Part shown: piece after piece, positions 1-10,851 of the stretch
Position numbering within the stretch: position 1 is the first letter of the stretch
Layout of the letters: the number at the start of each line of letters is the position of its first letter
NCBI GenBank assembly: GCA_964469925.1
Contig: CAYXZL010000003.1
Span: 40,448 to 104,447 of the forward strand
Length of the DNA stretch: 64,000 bases
Source: an uncultured Candidatus Peribacteria bacterium
GTDB lineage: Bacteria; Patescibacteriota; Gracilibacteria; Absconditabacterales; Absconditicoccaceae
Direction of reading: 5' to 3'
Position numbers and translations under genes: made by a program
Notes under the pieces: generated by a model
The model's database searches: none
Told to the model about the DNA's origin: nothing
Seen by the model: only the letters and a program-made list of their open reading frames with translations

Positions 1-807
1 GACAATCTTTTTGACGTCATCAAGGCTATACATTTCAGTAAATCTGATATCGATTTTTGCAACCGCTTTATCAGGGACGGCATTGATGGTATGTCCTCAT
101 TGTAACACATTGAGATTAACACTTGTTCATCGATGATCATCAGAAAAATAGACTTTCTGAGTATCTTGAAGTTTTTCTCTGAGGGTAATAAAGTAGTTAA
201 CAATATTGTGTAGCGCATTGATACCAAGCCATGGTCTAGAAGAGTGGCAGGCTTTACCTTGGGCCTCTACGGTAAACATGTAGATTCCCTTTTGTCCGAC
301 AACAATCTCATCGGTAGCACCCCCATCGGGTATCAGTACGATATTCGCCGTGTATCACATCTCGCTGATAATCGCGTTCACACCATCAAATCAGCCGACT
401 TCCTCGTCAGACGTAATCATAAGACAGATCTTTTTATCAACAAAGCGTTGATCCAAGATATCTTTCATGACTTGGATTATCAGGGCAACACCAGCCTTCA
501 TATCGCCAGCACCTCTAGCATAGAGTCTGCCCTCTTTTTCATAAGGAGAAAATTGTCCCTCTTGGGTTGGTGCAACAACATCAATATGACCGTTGAGAAT
601 GATGTCTGCATGAGTTCATTCGAAATTTTGTACCAGCAAAGAAGGTTTGTTATTGAAAACAACCTTTTCCAAGAATGCATGATCGTAGTGAGAAAAGTGT
701 TGAGCAATAGAGTCGATACATGCATGTAATTGATCAATATCAGACGATAGCGACGGGATTGCAATCAAATCACGAGTGAGAGAGACTATGGTGTGGGGGA
801 AGCTCAT
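1..807 (-). CDS. M20-family metallopeptidase (ArgE/DapE/acetylornithine deacetylase-like); C-terminus runs off the left edge
   Basis: Minus fragment 616..924 continues across in-frame TGA into NGHIDVV, GAGDMKAG and SDEEVGG motifs typical of M20 zinc peptidases. ATG at 805-807 lies 14 nt after the upstream stop. Confidence 0.8.
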
Positions 808-821
808 GGGGACAAAAGTAC

Positions 822-2162
822 TTAAAAAGGGATCTTGTGTGATTGTAAGAGTGGTATCATCGAGCTTGTCCAGGGGTGGCGAGTAATGGTGCTGATAAAA
901 GAGGAGAAATCGTGGGACCATCACTCTTTAGCGAGTTCCAAAAGCTTGACGGTAATTGGCTCAAGAAGTTTTTCATAATTACCGTTTGACGTCCAAGCCA
1001 GTTTGTCGTCGCTAGGCTGTAGACAAGAGGAGAGAGCATCAAAACTTAAGTCAAACGTATATGAATAGTCTTTTCTGTATCAACTGGAGTTGAAGATATG
1101 GATATTGTGAAGATTGGTGATCATAAGATACTGTACATATGAGTCAGAAACACCCTTTGCTAACACTCCCTTGTGTTCAAGGTAATAGGAAAACATCACG
1201 GAAATAAGGTCTGTACGTATCTCTTCAAAGGTGCTATAAGCAGCTCAGGCACGCTCGATGTATCCAGGATATTTACCGATAGTGTGACAGATCTCATGGA
1301 GGAGAACGTGGAGAAAATACCGCCTTTCAAGAAACGACGAAACATGCTGGTGTCACTCATCTGTGTAGACAATAGAGGACAATGGGATACTCATGGTATC
1401 AGTTTTGCGTTTGAGATTATTGAGAAAAACTTGTTTGATGCTACCATGTTCTGCAGCAAGTTGAGGGTTTTCTGGTCTGGACCATCAGGTGGCATTGAGT
1501 CTTTTAACTTCTCCAGACCAGTCAACAATATGGGACAAAACTGAGGTAACACGTGTTGGGCGATAGGATCCTGCTACTGAAAGAGATGCATGAAACGGCA
1601 CGATATGATCATGTACCGAACTAACAAAATCAACGAGTGACTGGTCAACCTGGGCAAAGACTGATGTAAAAAACCTTTTTTTGCCGTGTATGTGATCAGA
1701 TCTCGTCTCGATAGGGCCAAAGTTCCAAATATAGTCTATAGTAGGTTGAGAAAAAATATCTAGCCAGACTCACTCGAGTCTCAGTCGATCATTGTCACCA
1801 AGTGTTCTTTTGATTGCCTGTACAAAGTCTCTGAGATAGGAGGGTAGTTCCGAGTCAGCAAGAAGTTGGTCAAGCAATCTATCGATTGCGTCAAACTCTT
1901 CACGATACATGGTCACATAGGGTACGGATTGTATGCTAGAGTTTTCTCACTTTTTCATACAGCAAAACTGGTCATTGACAGCTGCTGGCAGTGTAGCAAT
2001 ATGCTCCATAAGCTGAGCATCAGCATAGGGATAGACACCACGGTCATCACCAATTTGAAGCTGGTAAATAGTTTCTATAAGAGCGTTGATATCCTGAATA
2101 ATGGCTATGATAGAGTTCATATAATCCTGTCTATAGGGGTAAACAAGTTTGGTACTGAGCAT
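822..2162 (-). CDS. HExxH zinc metallopeptidase, M49/DPP3-like (paralog 1), 446 aa
   Basis: Frame of ORF 1947..2219 stays open across 7 in-frame TGA down to TAA at 822-824. Contains LLHEICHTIG (HExxH) followed by FEEIRTD, which resembles the second metal-ligand motif of M49. N-terminus aligns with the gene at 5565..6854 (ETIYQLQIGDD vs DTIYWLQLGND). Confidence 0.6.
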
Positions 2163-2169
2163 AACGATA

Positions 2170-3777
2170 TTAGGTGTTTTTTGCCACGAGAATATTTCAC
2201 CAACCATAATAGGGTGCAACCATCTGTCATACTAATGCAAATGCAGCATCATCACGATCCTTTGCTGACATCTGCGGAAAGCATTGGTGAACCTCATTCG
2301 CCATGAAAGTAACAAGTAATGGAAAGTGCCTTTGCACCAATGCAGCAATCTTCACTGCCGTTTGCCCAACATTAGTTTTTTTATTTCCCCTTCTGGTAAG
2401 TCAGGTAAAGGGCTGTGTTCCTATGCCTCACGGAGACATCAATCTAAACTCCAAATCAACGGGGAGTTGAGATTTACCAAAACCTTCCCGTGTCTGTAGG
2501 GTAGGTATAGCTTGTTGTATACCACAATTGGGGGGTACTCTGTAGGACGAGTAGGGACCGACAGTGATGGGCTCAACACCATGTCCTGATTTACTATTGT
2601 TTGGTTTGAGATAGAAACACAAAGCAGAAGCAGTCATATTATCAACAACAGTAGTTCAAAACTGACGTACATAATGGTGTTTAGTACGTTCTCACTCTCT
2701 CATGATTCACAAGTCCTCCTTAGTCACCAAAAGACAGGTGTGCGGCCCAACCACCACATTGAGATTGTCAAGATCATCTCAATCAGGCGATTGTGCACAC
2801 AAAAATCTATAGACATACATGAGATCCCCTTGCGTACAGCCACACTGCAGCATATTAGCGACTAGGCGGTCCACATCATCTTGCTGCATTCTATTCCATA
2901 AGTAGTTGACCTTCACTTCTCCTACAGAAGTATTGTCAGGGTCGTAGACGTCGCAGTACCATGCACCATCACGAAAATGAAGGTTCATTTTCTGCAAAGC
3001 AAAGCTATAGGGAGTGATGGGCCGCGTATCACTAAGGGCTTGAGCATGACCTATCTTGTCAGGACCAGTGAGATCAAATGCATTCGTATCCATCACATAG
3101 ATAGGGGCGTTGCTTGCCAATACCTCTCTGATGCGTAGAAGAGAGTCGTAGGCCTCAGTGAGTCATCAATCAGTGATCTCTGAAGTATCCCGTTGCAGTA
3201 CACGCTGATAGGTCGTGAGCATATCCATAAAAAGGGTGAGGTACGCCATGCTTGCTTGAAACTCAAGGACTTGAAAAGGCTTTTCTGGATCAGAGCTAGC
3301 GAGTCAATCATAGGCAAAGGGTTGATTAAATCACAATGCTTGATTAGATACGAACGAACCAATGAGTGCTGGAGAAACAATCTTTTCTCTGCGACCAGTT
3401 TCAAAAGGAAAGGTACTTGTTCTCTGAGAAATACGCTCTTCAATAGCACTTCTAGTAGAGAAAAACCTTTTCTGACAAATCTGGTATGCTTCTTGTGCAG
3501 CAGAAACAAGGTTATTCCAAAAATTTTCAGATACAACGACAGGAGGGGTTGCTGTCAAAACTCCTCCAGGTTGACCATTTCACGGTATAGATGAGATAAT
3601 GTTATTTTCAAGGAGATCTCGGTTTATTGCTTTTTGGGCATCAGGACCCACCCTCATAAAAGCATAATCTGGCGATATGCGATCCAGAGAGTATGGTAAG
3701 GTGGGGGAGGAGGCGACTGCATGAAATGAGTCGTACGGTACGGGAAGATAATCGTTTCAAAGAGTAGAGTGTGTCAT
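2170..3777 (-). CDS. hypothetical protein, possible ATP-grasp amide ligase (glutathionylspermidine-synthase-like), 535 aa
   Basis: Fragments 3331..3558, 2779..3120 and 2428..2637 share one frame and join through TGA. ATG at 3775-3777, TAA at 2170-2172. Weak GspS/ATP-grasp-like strings are present (PFQVLEFQAS, VNYLWNRM, LKPNNSKSGHGV). The coding call is firm; the function is tentative. Confidence 0.55.
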
Positions 3778-3807
3778 AGTGATTGCTACAATATCATAAA
3801 ACAAATA

Positions 3808-5223
3808 TTAGTGTTGGGTAGACAGGCGACGTTCAATTGCTCACAAGGTCTCCTCAATAAGACTGGTAGCATATGCAACTTGCAGATCAAGTCAGTCGCC
3901 AATATTTTCTTCTATGTCTTCTGCAGAGGATCATTCTGGCCACGCATCAGGACCTCTAAACTCTGCAGTGAGGTTTCCTCAGGGTGCCTTGAGTACAACA
4001 TCACCATGTGACCTTTTGGGAGCAATGCCTTTGGGAAGTTTAGGAGAGTGGTTATGATAGTGTTCCCATACAGTTTCAATTTCTTCAAGACTAAAATACT
4101 GTTCAAGGACAACCTGTAGGAGTTCACGTCTCCACTCATCACCAGAAAGATCAACTCATTGATCAGCCATGTTCTCTACCATCTTATGGATATGGCATGC
4201 TAAGGAGGCATCAGGATCGTATCACATAACCATAGGCTCAACCACCCAGAGTAATGGGTGCAGAAGATGCTGTGCAGCCAGATCAGTAGATATAGGATCG
4301 CTGAGATTTCAGTCCTCATCTGGTTGCATAGAGGCATCTACGTTATTGCCAGGTTTTCGACCGTAGGTATCTTTCAAGTATAATGCACTTTTTCTACTCA
4401 GCCAGTATCTAAGCGATACAATCGCACCAAAAGCTATATGACGTTTTTCCGACTTGAGTAAGTCCACATAAAATTCCGTTCACTGTTCTTTTCTAGCATG
4501 TCATTCTCGATACAAAAGATCGAGAAAAAGGTTAAGCGTCTCAGTGATAGTAGCACCTGATGTATGGACGTGTAATCAGGTAGTCCCAACAGCTGATCAT
4601 AATCATCGTTTCTGAAGGATTGCTGGTTGAATATGATCTCTCACAAGCCAAAGAGACTCAGGACAAGGAGTCTCAGGACAATATGCGTGCCACTCACGAT
4701 TGATGGTATCAATATCTTGCTGAGAAAAATAGGATCACCGATGCACCAATGGATTGATAACGAGCGGGTAGTACCCATCCTCTTTTGCTGGCTCTGGTTG
4801 TACAAGATCAACGTCATTAACGCCTTTGATATCTAGGTGTTCTAGTTGCTGGGTCGTAAGACGTCATCACAATTCTCAAACTGCCCATGAAAGCACGCGG
4901 TGCAATGTGACCATATGATCTTGTGCAAGGTTTTGTGGTCCATAGTGTCCAACAACCTCCGGCATATAAGACAGTCCGTCAGGTATAATAACTCAGACAG
5001 GGTCGTTGAGGAGATCAAAAATCTCTGCACAAAAATCTCAATTAGATTTGGCTGAAATTTTAAATTTTTCCCTAAGAAAATTCTGGTTATCTGGGTCAGA
5101 CAAAAGTGCAACAAGTCTCGGCACCAATCTCGGTCATCCTGATGAGAGAAGGGGCAAATTCGTTGCAGCATCCACTGCTATGTACTCTCTTTCAGCACCG
5201 AAGGAAAGTGGTTTTCAATGCAT
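3808..5223 (-). CDS. GCS2-family carboxylate-amine ligase (YbdK/gamma-glutamyl-cysteine-ligase-2-like), 471 aa
   Basis: Frame open from ATG 5221-5223 to TAA 3808-3810 with many sense TGA. N-terminal SFGAEREYIAVD and internal GLHVHTS match the GCS2 signature strings (GxExEf, GxHVHvg). The listed ORF 4842..5171 is an off-frame artefact. Confidence 0.65.
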
Positions 5224-5253
5224 AATCTTAGTGTTTATCATCTCATAAAAAAA

Positions 5254-5272
5254 CCTCCCGAGCAGAGGGAGG
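5254..5272 (-). terminator. intrinsic terminator hairpin (CCTCCC-7 nt loop-GGGAGG) followed by a T-run on the minus strand
   Basis: Perfect 6-bp GC-rich stem. On the minus strand it is followed by TTTTTTTAT. It sits between the small ORF 5304..5393 and the ligase gene start at 5223. Confidence 0.5.
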
Positions 5273-5303
5273 TAGAAGTGCTATTTCAAGTTGTTAGTAG
5301 TGA

Positions 5304-5393
5304 CTATAGTTCTTGAAACACACCAAAGCTCCCTCTGTAGACAAAGAGTGTAATAATAGAGAGGAGAATAGTGTGGAACGAGATCTGTTTCAT
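5304..5393 (-). CDS. small hydrophobic peptide, 29 aa (MKQISFHTILLSIITLFVYRGSFGVFQEL)
   Basis: ATG to TAG ORF lying directly upstream of the hairpin at 5254..5272. No homology recognised and no obvious SD. Confidence 0.25.
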   Translation of the reverse strand: MKQISFHTILLSIITLFVYRGSFGVFQEL

Positions 5394-5564
5394 CAAAGAT
5401 TGTATCATAACAAACGTGATGACATATATATAATCTATGTCAATAATGCAAGTGATTTGTAGAAAAAGCCTACAATCTCTAAAAAGTGAGAGGAAAGGAC
5501 TTGATTATACAGGAACTTTCTGTAATTCACAATACCCAAGAGTCAACTTTACAGTCAATAGAAA

Positions 5565-6854
5565 ATGGTAATAGCGATAGGGAATTTGACAGATACTATA
5601 TACTGGCTGCAGCTAGGAAATGATAGTAATGCTCCTATCTATCCATGCTGAGACAAAAAAAACCTCTCTGCTTGGTTGGGAAGCGGAAATAGCCACGACA
5701 CCTACAGTATCCTGATTTCGAACTGACAAGGTGGTTACCTTACTGTACCCTATACGGAATCATATGCTACACAATTAGCAGCAGTTTTAAATGAAATAAA
5801 GAACAATGACCTTTTTGATCATGAAGACCTGAAATGGCTAAGGGCATCGTTAGTATGAGCTCTAAAAAACAATAATCGACGCCAGCTTGCAATCGATTGG
5901 CTCAATCACTACTGACCCAACAATTCTCATGCCGCGAGTGAGTATGTAGTAAGTTTTGGTCCCATTGAAGCATATGAAAATGACTTTTGATTTAGGATAT
6001 TCTCCTATGTTCTCCTAAAATTATCATGAGAGTTGCAAGACAAGTTCACAGAGTACTTAGCACAAACACAGAATTTTTTAGAAACAATCTGACTGGGGGA
6101 CCTAACTGTCAGATCAAGACTCTATATTGGTGATGCGGTCAATATGTCCTGACAACTAGGGAAATTTCAAGCATCAGGCTGGTCTAGACCGACGAGCACT
6201 ACGTTAACCCAAGAGTACGGTAGTGTACAACAGCTATTCCTCAATAACATGAGACTGAAAACAAACAGCATGTATCGACCTAGCTATAACGTTGCCCGAT
6301 GAGAGGAAACGTCAGAGAAGGATTTTTTTGAGTTATTTTTGTTACACGTAGGGATGCACGAAGCCAGTCATCCAATCAAAGTACCATGATATGTGGAGAG
6401 TTTTGGTGAAAAAAACAATAATCTCTTCCTGACATTTGAAGAAATAAAAACTGATGTAATGGTTTTGGCTCGCGTTGCACATCTTGAAAAGTTGTGACTG
6501 GTTTCATGAGGGACAACAAAAAGACTACTAAAGGTAGTAGTAACGAATAATTTGCATATGTCTTATGTCTGCGAGAGATCATGATGAAAAAAGAGAAGAG
6601 AATATGACAAGACTTTTGATTATTTCTTATGGAGATTGCAGAATCATATGGGAATAGATGAGTGAACTATGATCCATCTCGCATGAGAAGATGCTGTTAT
6701 CATGGAAGAGCTCCAAGCTATGGCACAAGAAATGGCAGGACTCATGAGACAATCTGATTATGTTGAATTTGAAAGGTTTTTCGGGGAACTACAACTAGCA
6801 GAAAGAAAAAAGGATCTAGTATGAAAACTACTGCTGAAGAATGTCGCATATTAA
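5565..6854 (+). CDS. HExxH zinc metallopeptidase, M49/DPP3-like (paralog 2), 429 aa
   Basis: Frame 0 is open from ATG 5565 to TAA 6852-6854 through many TGA. Contains LLHVGMHEASHP (HExxH) and FEEIKTD. Collinear with the gene at 822..2162. Confidence 0.6.
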
Positions 6855-7014
6855 AGAGCGGTACCTCTCTTAAAAGTTCGTGATAACAGGACACCAACCA
6901 AAGGGACTGAGATATATGCTGTATCAGTAGAGTTGTAAACTAGTATAGCATAAGCACTTGCAATGGCAGTTGTTTTTTGTAGAGTGCTACTGTTTTAGTA
7001 CGGTACAACAAGAA

Positions 7015-7290
7015 ATGTCTCAATTTCCTGCTTTACAAGAAGCTCTCAATACACTTTCAGGTGTATTGTTGGCAGTCAAAGACCAACAAGGAATGAAAAA
7101 TCTCCTAGACGATCTGTTGACACCACAAGAACTCACAGAAATGGCAGAAAGGATCAATATAGTGAGATTGTTAAAGCAAGAAAAAACCCAAAGAGACATA
7201 GCACAAGAGTTGGGGATATCAGTAACTACAGTGAATAGAGGAGCAAGAATGCTAAAGTACGGAACGGGTTGATTTAGAGACCACATCTAA
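7015..7290 (+). CDS. TrpR/YerC-YecD family DNA-binding protein, 91 aa
   Basis: LLTPQELTEMAERINIVRLLKQEKTQRDIAQELGISVTTVNRGARMLKYG is the YerC/YecD (Trp-repressor-like) HTH pattern. Reads through TGA at 7270 to TAA at 7288-7290. Confidence 0.75.
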
Positions 7291-7333
7291 TTTTTTTTGC
7301 AGAACAGTTTTAATATATTAATACAGCAGTATA

Positions 7334-8266
7334 ATGGAATGAGAAGATTTAGATAGGCAAAGAGTGTGACTGGAGCTAGAGTGCAGGTTAATGAATGATT
7401 CATGAGAAGTTCTGCTACAGTTGGAGTATCAGGAGATTCCTGATGCAATCAGAACAATAGCTCTAACACAAAATGAACTAGGGAAAGCATTAAATCAAGG
7501 TCATATAGCGATATCGCCAGAGTTTAATCGTGATCAGTTTGAGTTGGCAACATATGGCACAACTACATTTACGTCGGCTCTCGATATGCTTCTAAACTTC
7601 TGTGGTCAATTAGCAGAGTGTTTAAGTGAACAGCATTGAGTGACAATAGACCTATCTGTTGTACCGCCAAGGCAAGCTGTCCTAGAGTATACGAGCTACA
7701 AGCCGTATTATCCAACACTAGCAGAAAATGCTAGAAGACAAGCACAAGAGACAGATCCAGAAACCTACGGTCCAAGCTGATTATTGGCATTACGTTTATT
7801 TGATATCACATCAATGCAGTTCAATATCGATGATCCAGACTTATGACTGTATAGGTCACAAGCAAGGAGAGTCAACCAGGCAGTATGATCAAGAGATTTC
7901 TCACAATTATGAACCTCCGAAAGGCTGGAGATATTTGAAAAAATCGTATGATTAGTGGCAGCGTCTGGTATGATACAGCCAGGGATAGTGCCTCCATTAT
8001 GGAAAGGCTGAGAAAGGGGAGATTGTCATACAAATGCAGAGTTGCTACAATACTTCCTGGAGGGACCAACAACACAACATCTTATAGAGATTAAGCCATC
8101 AAATGACTTGGCTAATCGTCAGGGGCACTATACAGAAATAAAATTTACTGACAGCGGAGTTGTTTCGCCAAAAAAATTTGAGCCTCATGATCTCGTGAGG
8201 GCGATACAGCGAGCAGCAGAAAAGAACTTTTGACTTATAAAAAGTTCTTATGAAAGCAGAGGCTAG
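7334..8266 (+). CDS. GCS2-like carboxylate-amine ligase homolog (short form), 310 aa
   Basis: ATG 7334 precedes RVGLELECRLMN (compare YbdK TLGIELEMQVVN). QFELAT and GHYTEIKFTD (compare GTVEVRVMD) follow. Fragments 7421..7639 and 8042..8233 are in the same frame. TAG at 8264-8266. Confidence 0.5.
8222..8248 (-). terminator. 10-bp perfect hairpin (AAGAACTTTT-7 nt-AAAAGTTCTT), probable terminator of hsp20
   Basis: Lies 35 nt downstream of the hsp20 stop on the minus strand and is followed there by CTTTTCT. It overlaps the last 15 codons of the convergent gene 7334..8266. Confidence 0.45.
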
Positions 8267-8282
8267 ACCGTACTAGTCATAG

Positions 8283-8636
8283 CTAGTCCTCGATATGTAC
8301 ATCAATCTTTTCAGGGACACTGTATTTGGGGAGAGTAATGATCAGAATATTGTCTTTTGTCAAGCTGCTATGAATTTTGTCAAACACGATATGGCTCGGC
8401 AAATCAATCTTTTGTTCAATAGGACCTCGATAGCATTCTCCTTGTAACAACGCAAATCAGTCCTTGAAGTCAGGCTTTACTCTTTCTCCCATAATAATGA
8501 GTTTATAGTGCTCAATCGACAAGTGGATGCTCGCCTTATCTACTCATCATAACGGTATAACAAAAACAAGTTCTTGTTTGGACTCATACATGTCCACGGG
8601 GATAGTAACACGCATTGGCTTCATGTGAGTGCTCAT
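8283..8636 (-). CDS. Hsp20/alpha-crystallin small heat-shock protein, 117 aa
   Basis: The translation has the alpha-crystallin domain pattern: VDMYESKQELVFVIPLGGVDKASIHLSIEHYKLIIMGER ... DKIHSSLTKDNILIITLPK. Confidence 0.85.
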
Positions 8637-8660
8637 AAAAAACAAACAAAACAGACAATA

Positions 8661-9257
8661 TTAGGGATGGGGTGGTCAGGAATGTAGAGAAATAGCTATT
8701 TCAACGATCATAAGTACCTTGGCCTTTACCTCTTCAGGTTTTTTGACCCAAGTAAGATTAATCTCCCCAGATCAGCCAACTTGGTCTCACTCAGCAAAAA
8801 ACTCTAAATTTCCAATATCAAAGACGCTAAACCAAAAGCCCGCCTTATCAACCGTAGCAGTTTTGATCTTTTCTGTTTGTAGTGTCCTAATACGCCTTTT
8901 GAGGATACCCGTCTGATTATAAGAAATCAACTCTTCCGGGGTGACAATAGTAAAGTCCAAGATATAATCTAAATAGACCTTACCTACACGATAGATCATG
9001 ACAAGAAAAATGACCACACTCAAAGGAACTCACACAATATACAAAAATGAGTCTATAGCAGAATCATTAAGTAAACTACTGAGCCACAAAACTACTCCAA
9101 TCAAAGCAAAGTAGAAAATTGCAGGTAGCATGATGTGTATAATAGAGAAAAGAAAGGTTCTCTCGATGAGGAGTACCTTATCAACACCAAACTTTTGCAC
9201 AAAGTAATCATATCTTTCTTGTTTGAGTCACAGATCGAAAGTAGAAAAAAGTGCCAT
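8661..9257 (-). CDS. membrane protein with YdbS/YdbT-like bacterial PH domain, 198 aa
   Basis: Two N-terminal hydrophobic helices are followed by YNQTGILKRRIRTLQTEKIKTATVDKAGFWFSVFDIGNLEF (bPH_2-like). Extends fragment 8787..9023 in both directions across TGA. Confidence 0.6.
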
Positions 9258-9348
9258 AAGCCCAACAAATCATAAAAGCTACACGACTAACAGGGGACAC
9301 TATACTAATAGCAAAGATTATTACAACTCACAAAAACGACTGACTTGG

Positions 9349-9936
9349 CTAGAAAGTAGTAAACGATTGAAAAGGGAGGAGTCTCAACGATGCTTTCCCA
9401 ATAATGTTTTGAGCGGGTACCAGATAGGGAGTGTCCTCATTACATCACGCACCAAAACAACAACGTGAGTCTGTGCTTCCAGGTCTATTGTCTCCAAAGA
9501 CCACAAAGCTATTGGGTTTTACGTCAAAAACCGTGACATCACACATTGCGGTCGTTTTGATACCCTCATCCAGATAGGGTTCGTCAAGCTTGCGACAGTG
9601 GTCTGGGTCTGTTTTTTGATAGTCGCAAATATATACCTCTTGGTTTTCTAGCTTGACAGTTTCGCCAGGTAAACCAATAATCCTTTTTATAAAGGCGTTT
9701 TGATTAATGGTTGGAACAAAGACGACGATGTCTCCTCTTTGATATCCATGAAATCTAGGTGTAACTTTATCAACTATGAGTATGTCGTTTTCATGAATTG
9801 TGCTTGCCATACTCGACCCAACGACAGTGAAGGGATTAAATATAAAAAACCTAATAAAAAGGACAATACCACCTATAAATACCAAAAAGCTAACAATGTC
9901 AAATATCTCCCAAATCAACATCTTCAAAAATCTCAT
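9349..9936 (-). CDS. lepB: signal peptidase I, 195 aa
   Basis: GSSMASTI (catalytic Ser box), KRIIGLPGE and GDNRPGSTDSR boxes. Reads through TGA at 9445 into NIIGKA. Stop at 9349-9351. Confidence 0.9.
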
Positions 9937-9985
9937 GGAGAGTATAGATAGTAAAACAACAACGAAATACAGTATACTAATTTAA

Positions 9986-10027
9986 CAAAAAAGCACAAGT
10001 TATAGACCGAAGTCTCACTCGTGCTTT
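9986..10027 (-). terminator. intrinsic terminator downstream of ssb
   Basis: Long imperfect stem AAAGCACAAGT...ACTCGTGCTTT with an inner AGAC/GTCT stem, followed on the minus strand by TTTTTG. Confidence 0.6.
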
Positions 10028-10072
10028 ATATCGGAAAGCTTGGTAGCGACATAGCAACAAAATAGTCTATTC

Positions 10073-10504
10073 CTAGAATGGTATATCATCATCCTCTGCG
10101 GGAGAATTAACATCTTCGCCATTGGAACTATCATGATGCATTAAGCTATCGTCATCTCCACCTTCATCAGGACCTTTAGAGTCCAAAAAGATAAAGTTGT
10201 CGACAATGATCTCCGTTGAATGCTTTTCAACCCCATTGCCATCTTCCCATTTCCTCGTCCTCAATCTGCCCTCAATGTACAGTCTTTTGCCTTTGTGGAG
10301 ATATTGACCCAATACATCTGCTCCTTTCCCATAGGCAACGCACCTATGATATTCAGCCTCTTCCATCAGATTACCTTCCTTGTTTCTGTACTTCCTATTG
10401 GTAGCGATGACAAAATTAGCCACGGACGTTCCTGTACTCTCGATAGTCTTGATTTGAAGATTGGTTGTGGCTCTTCCAATAATCATTACCTTATTAAGAT
10501 CCAT
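10073..10504 (-). CDS. ssb: single-stranded DNA-binding protein, 143 aa
   Basis: MDLNKVMIIGRATTNLQIKT...ANFVIATNR...HRCVAYGKGADV forms an OB fold, and the acidic tail ends DDDIPF. Confidence 0.9.
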   Translation of the reverse strand: MDLNKVMIIGRATTNLQIKTIESTGTSVANFVIATNRKYRNKEGNLMEEAEYHRCVAYGKGADVLGQYLHKGKRLYIEGRLRTRKWEDGNGVEKHSTEIIVDNFIFLDSKGPDEGGDDDSLMHHDSSNGEDVNSPAEDDDIPF

Positions 10505-10685
10505 GTATCCAAATAACATGATAAAATTCACATAGTCGAGCAAATACTCGAAAAAAAAGTAGTATTTTATACAATGAATGCAATTGATTTTCGCTAAGAC
10601 ATCCCTATAGTGCTGGACATGCATTGCAAAAAAGTCACAATAGGCTTTTAGCTAATGAGCAGAAAAAGCATACGAAAGTCCCTTT

Positions 10686-10771
10686 GCCTGGGTGGCGAAA
10701 CTGGTAGACGCGTCAGACTCAAAATCTGATGACCTTTGGTTGTGAGGGTTCGAGTCCCTCCCCAGGCACCA
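10686..10771 (+). tRNA. tRNA-Leu (anticodon CAA), type II with long variable arm, CCA encoded
   Basis: Acceptor GCCTGGG/CCCAGGC. Anticodon stem TCAGA/TCTGA with loop CTCAAAA. T arm GAGGG-TTCGAGT-CCCTC. 3-prime ACCA. Confidence 0.9.
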
Positions 10772-10851
10772 CTTACAACAAAGACGAAAAGCTTCCCCAT
10801 GGGAGGTGTTTTTTTGTTCAAATCAAAGAGAGTTAATCGAGAAAAAGAGGG

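Noticed and set aside
4842-5171. Uninterrupted 109-aa minus ORF (no TGA) rich in Cys/His/Trp
   Set aside because: It is out of frame with, and fully inside, the GCS2-like ligase gene, whose frame carries the family motifs. Its composition is not protein-like.
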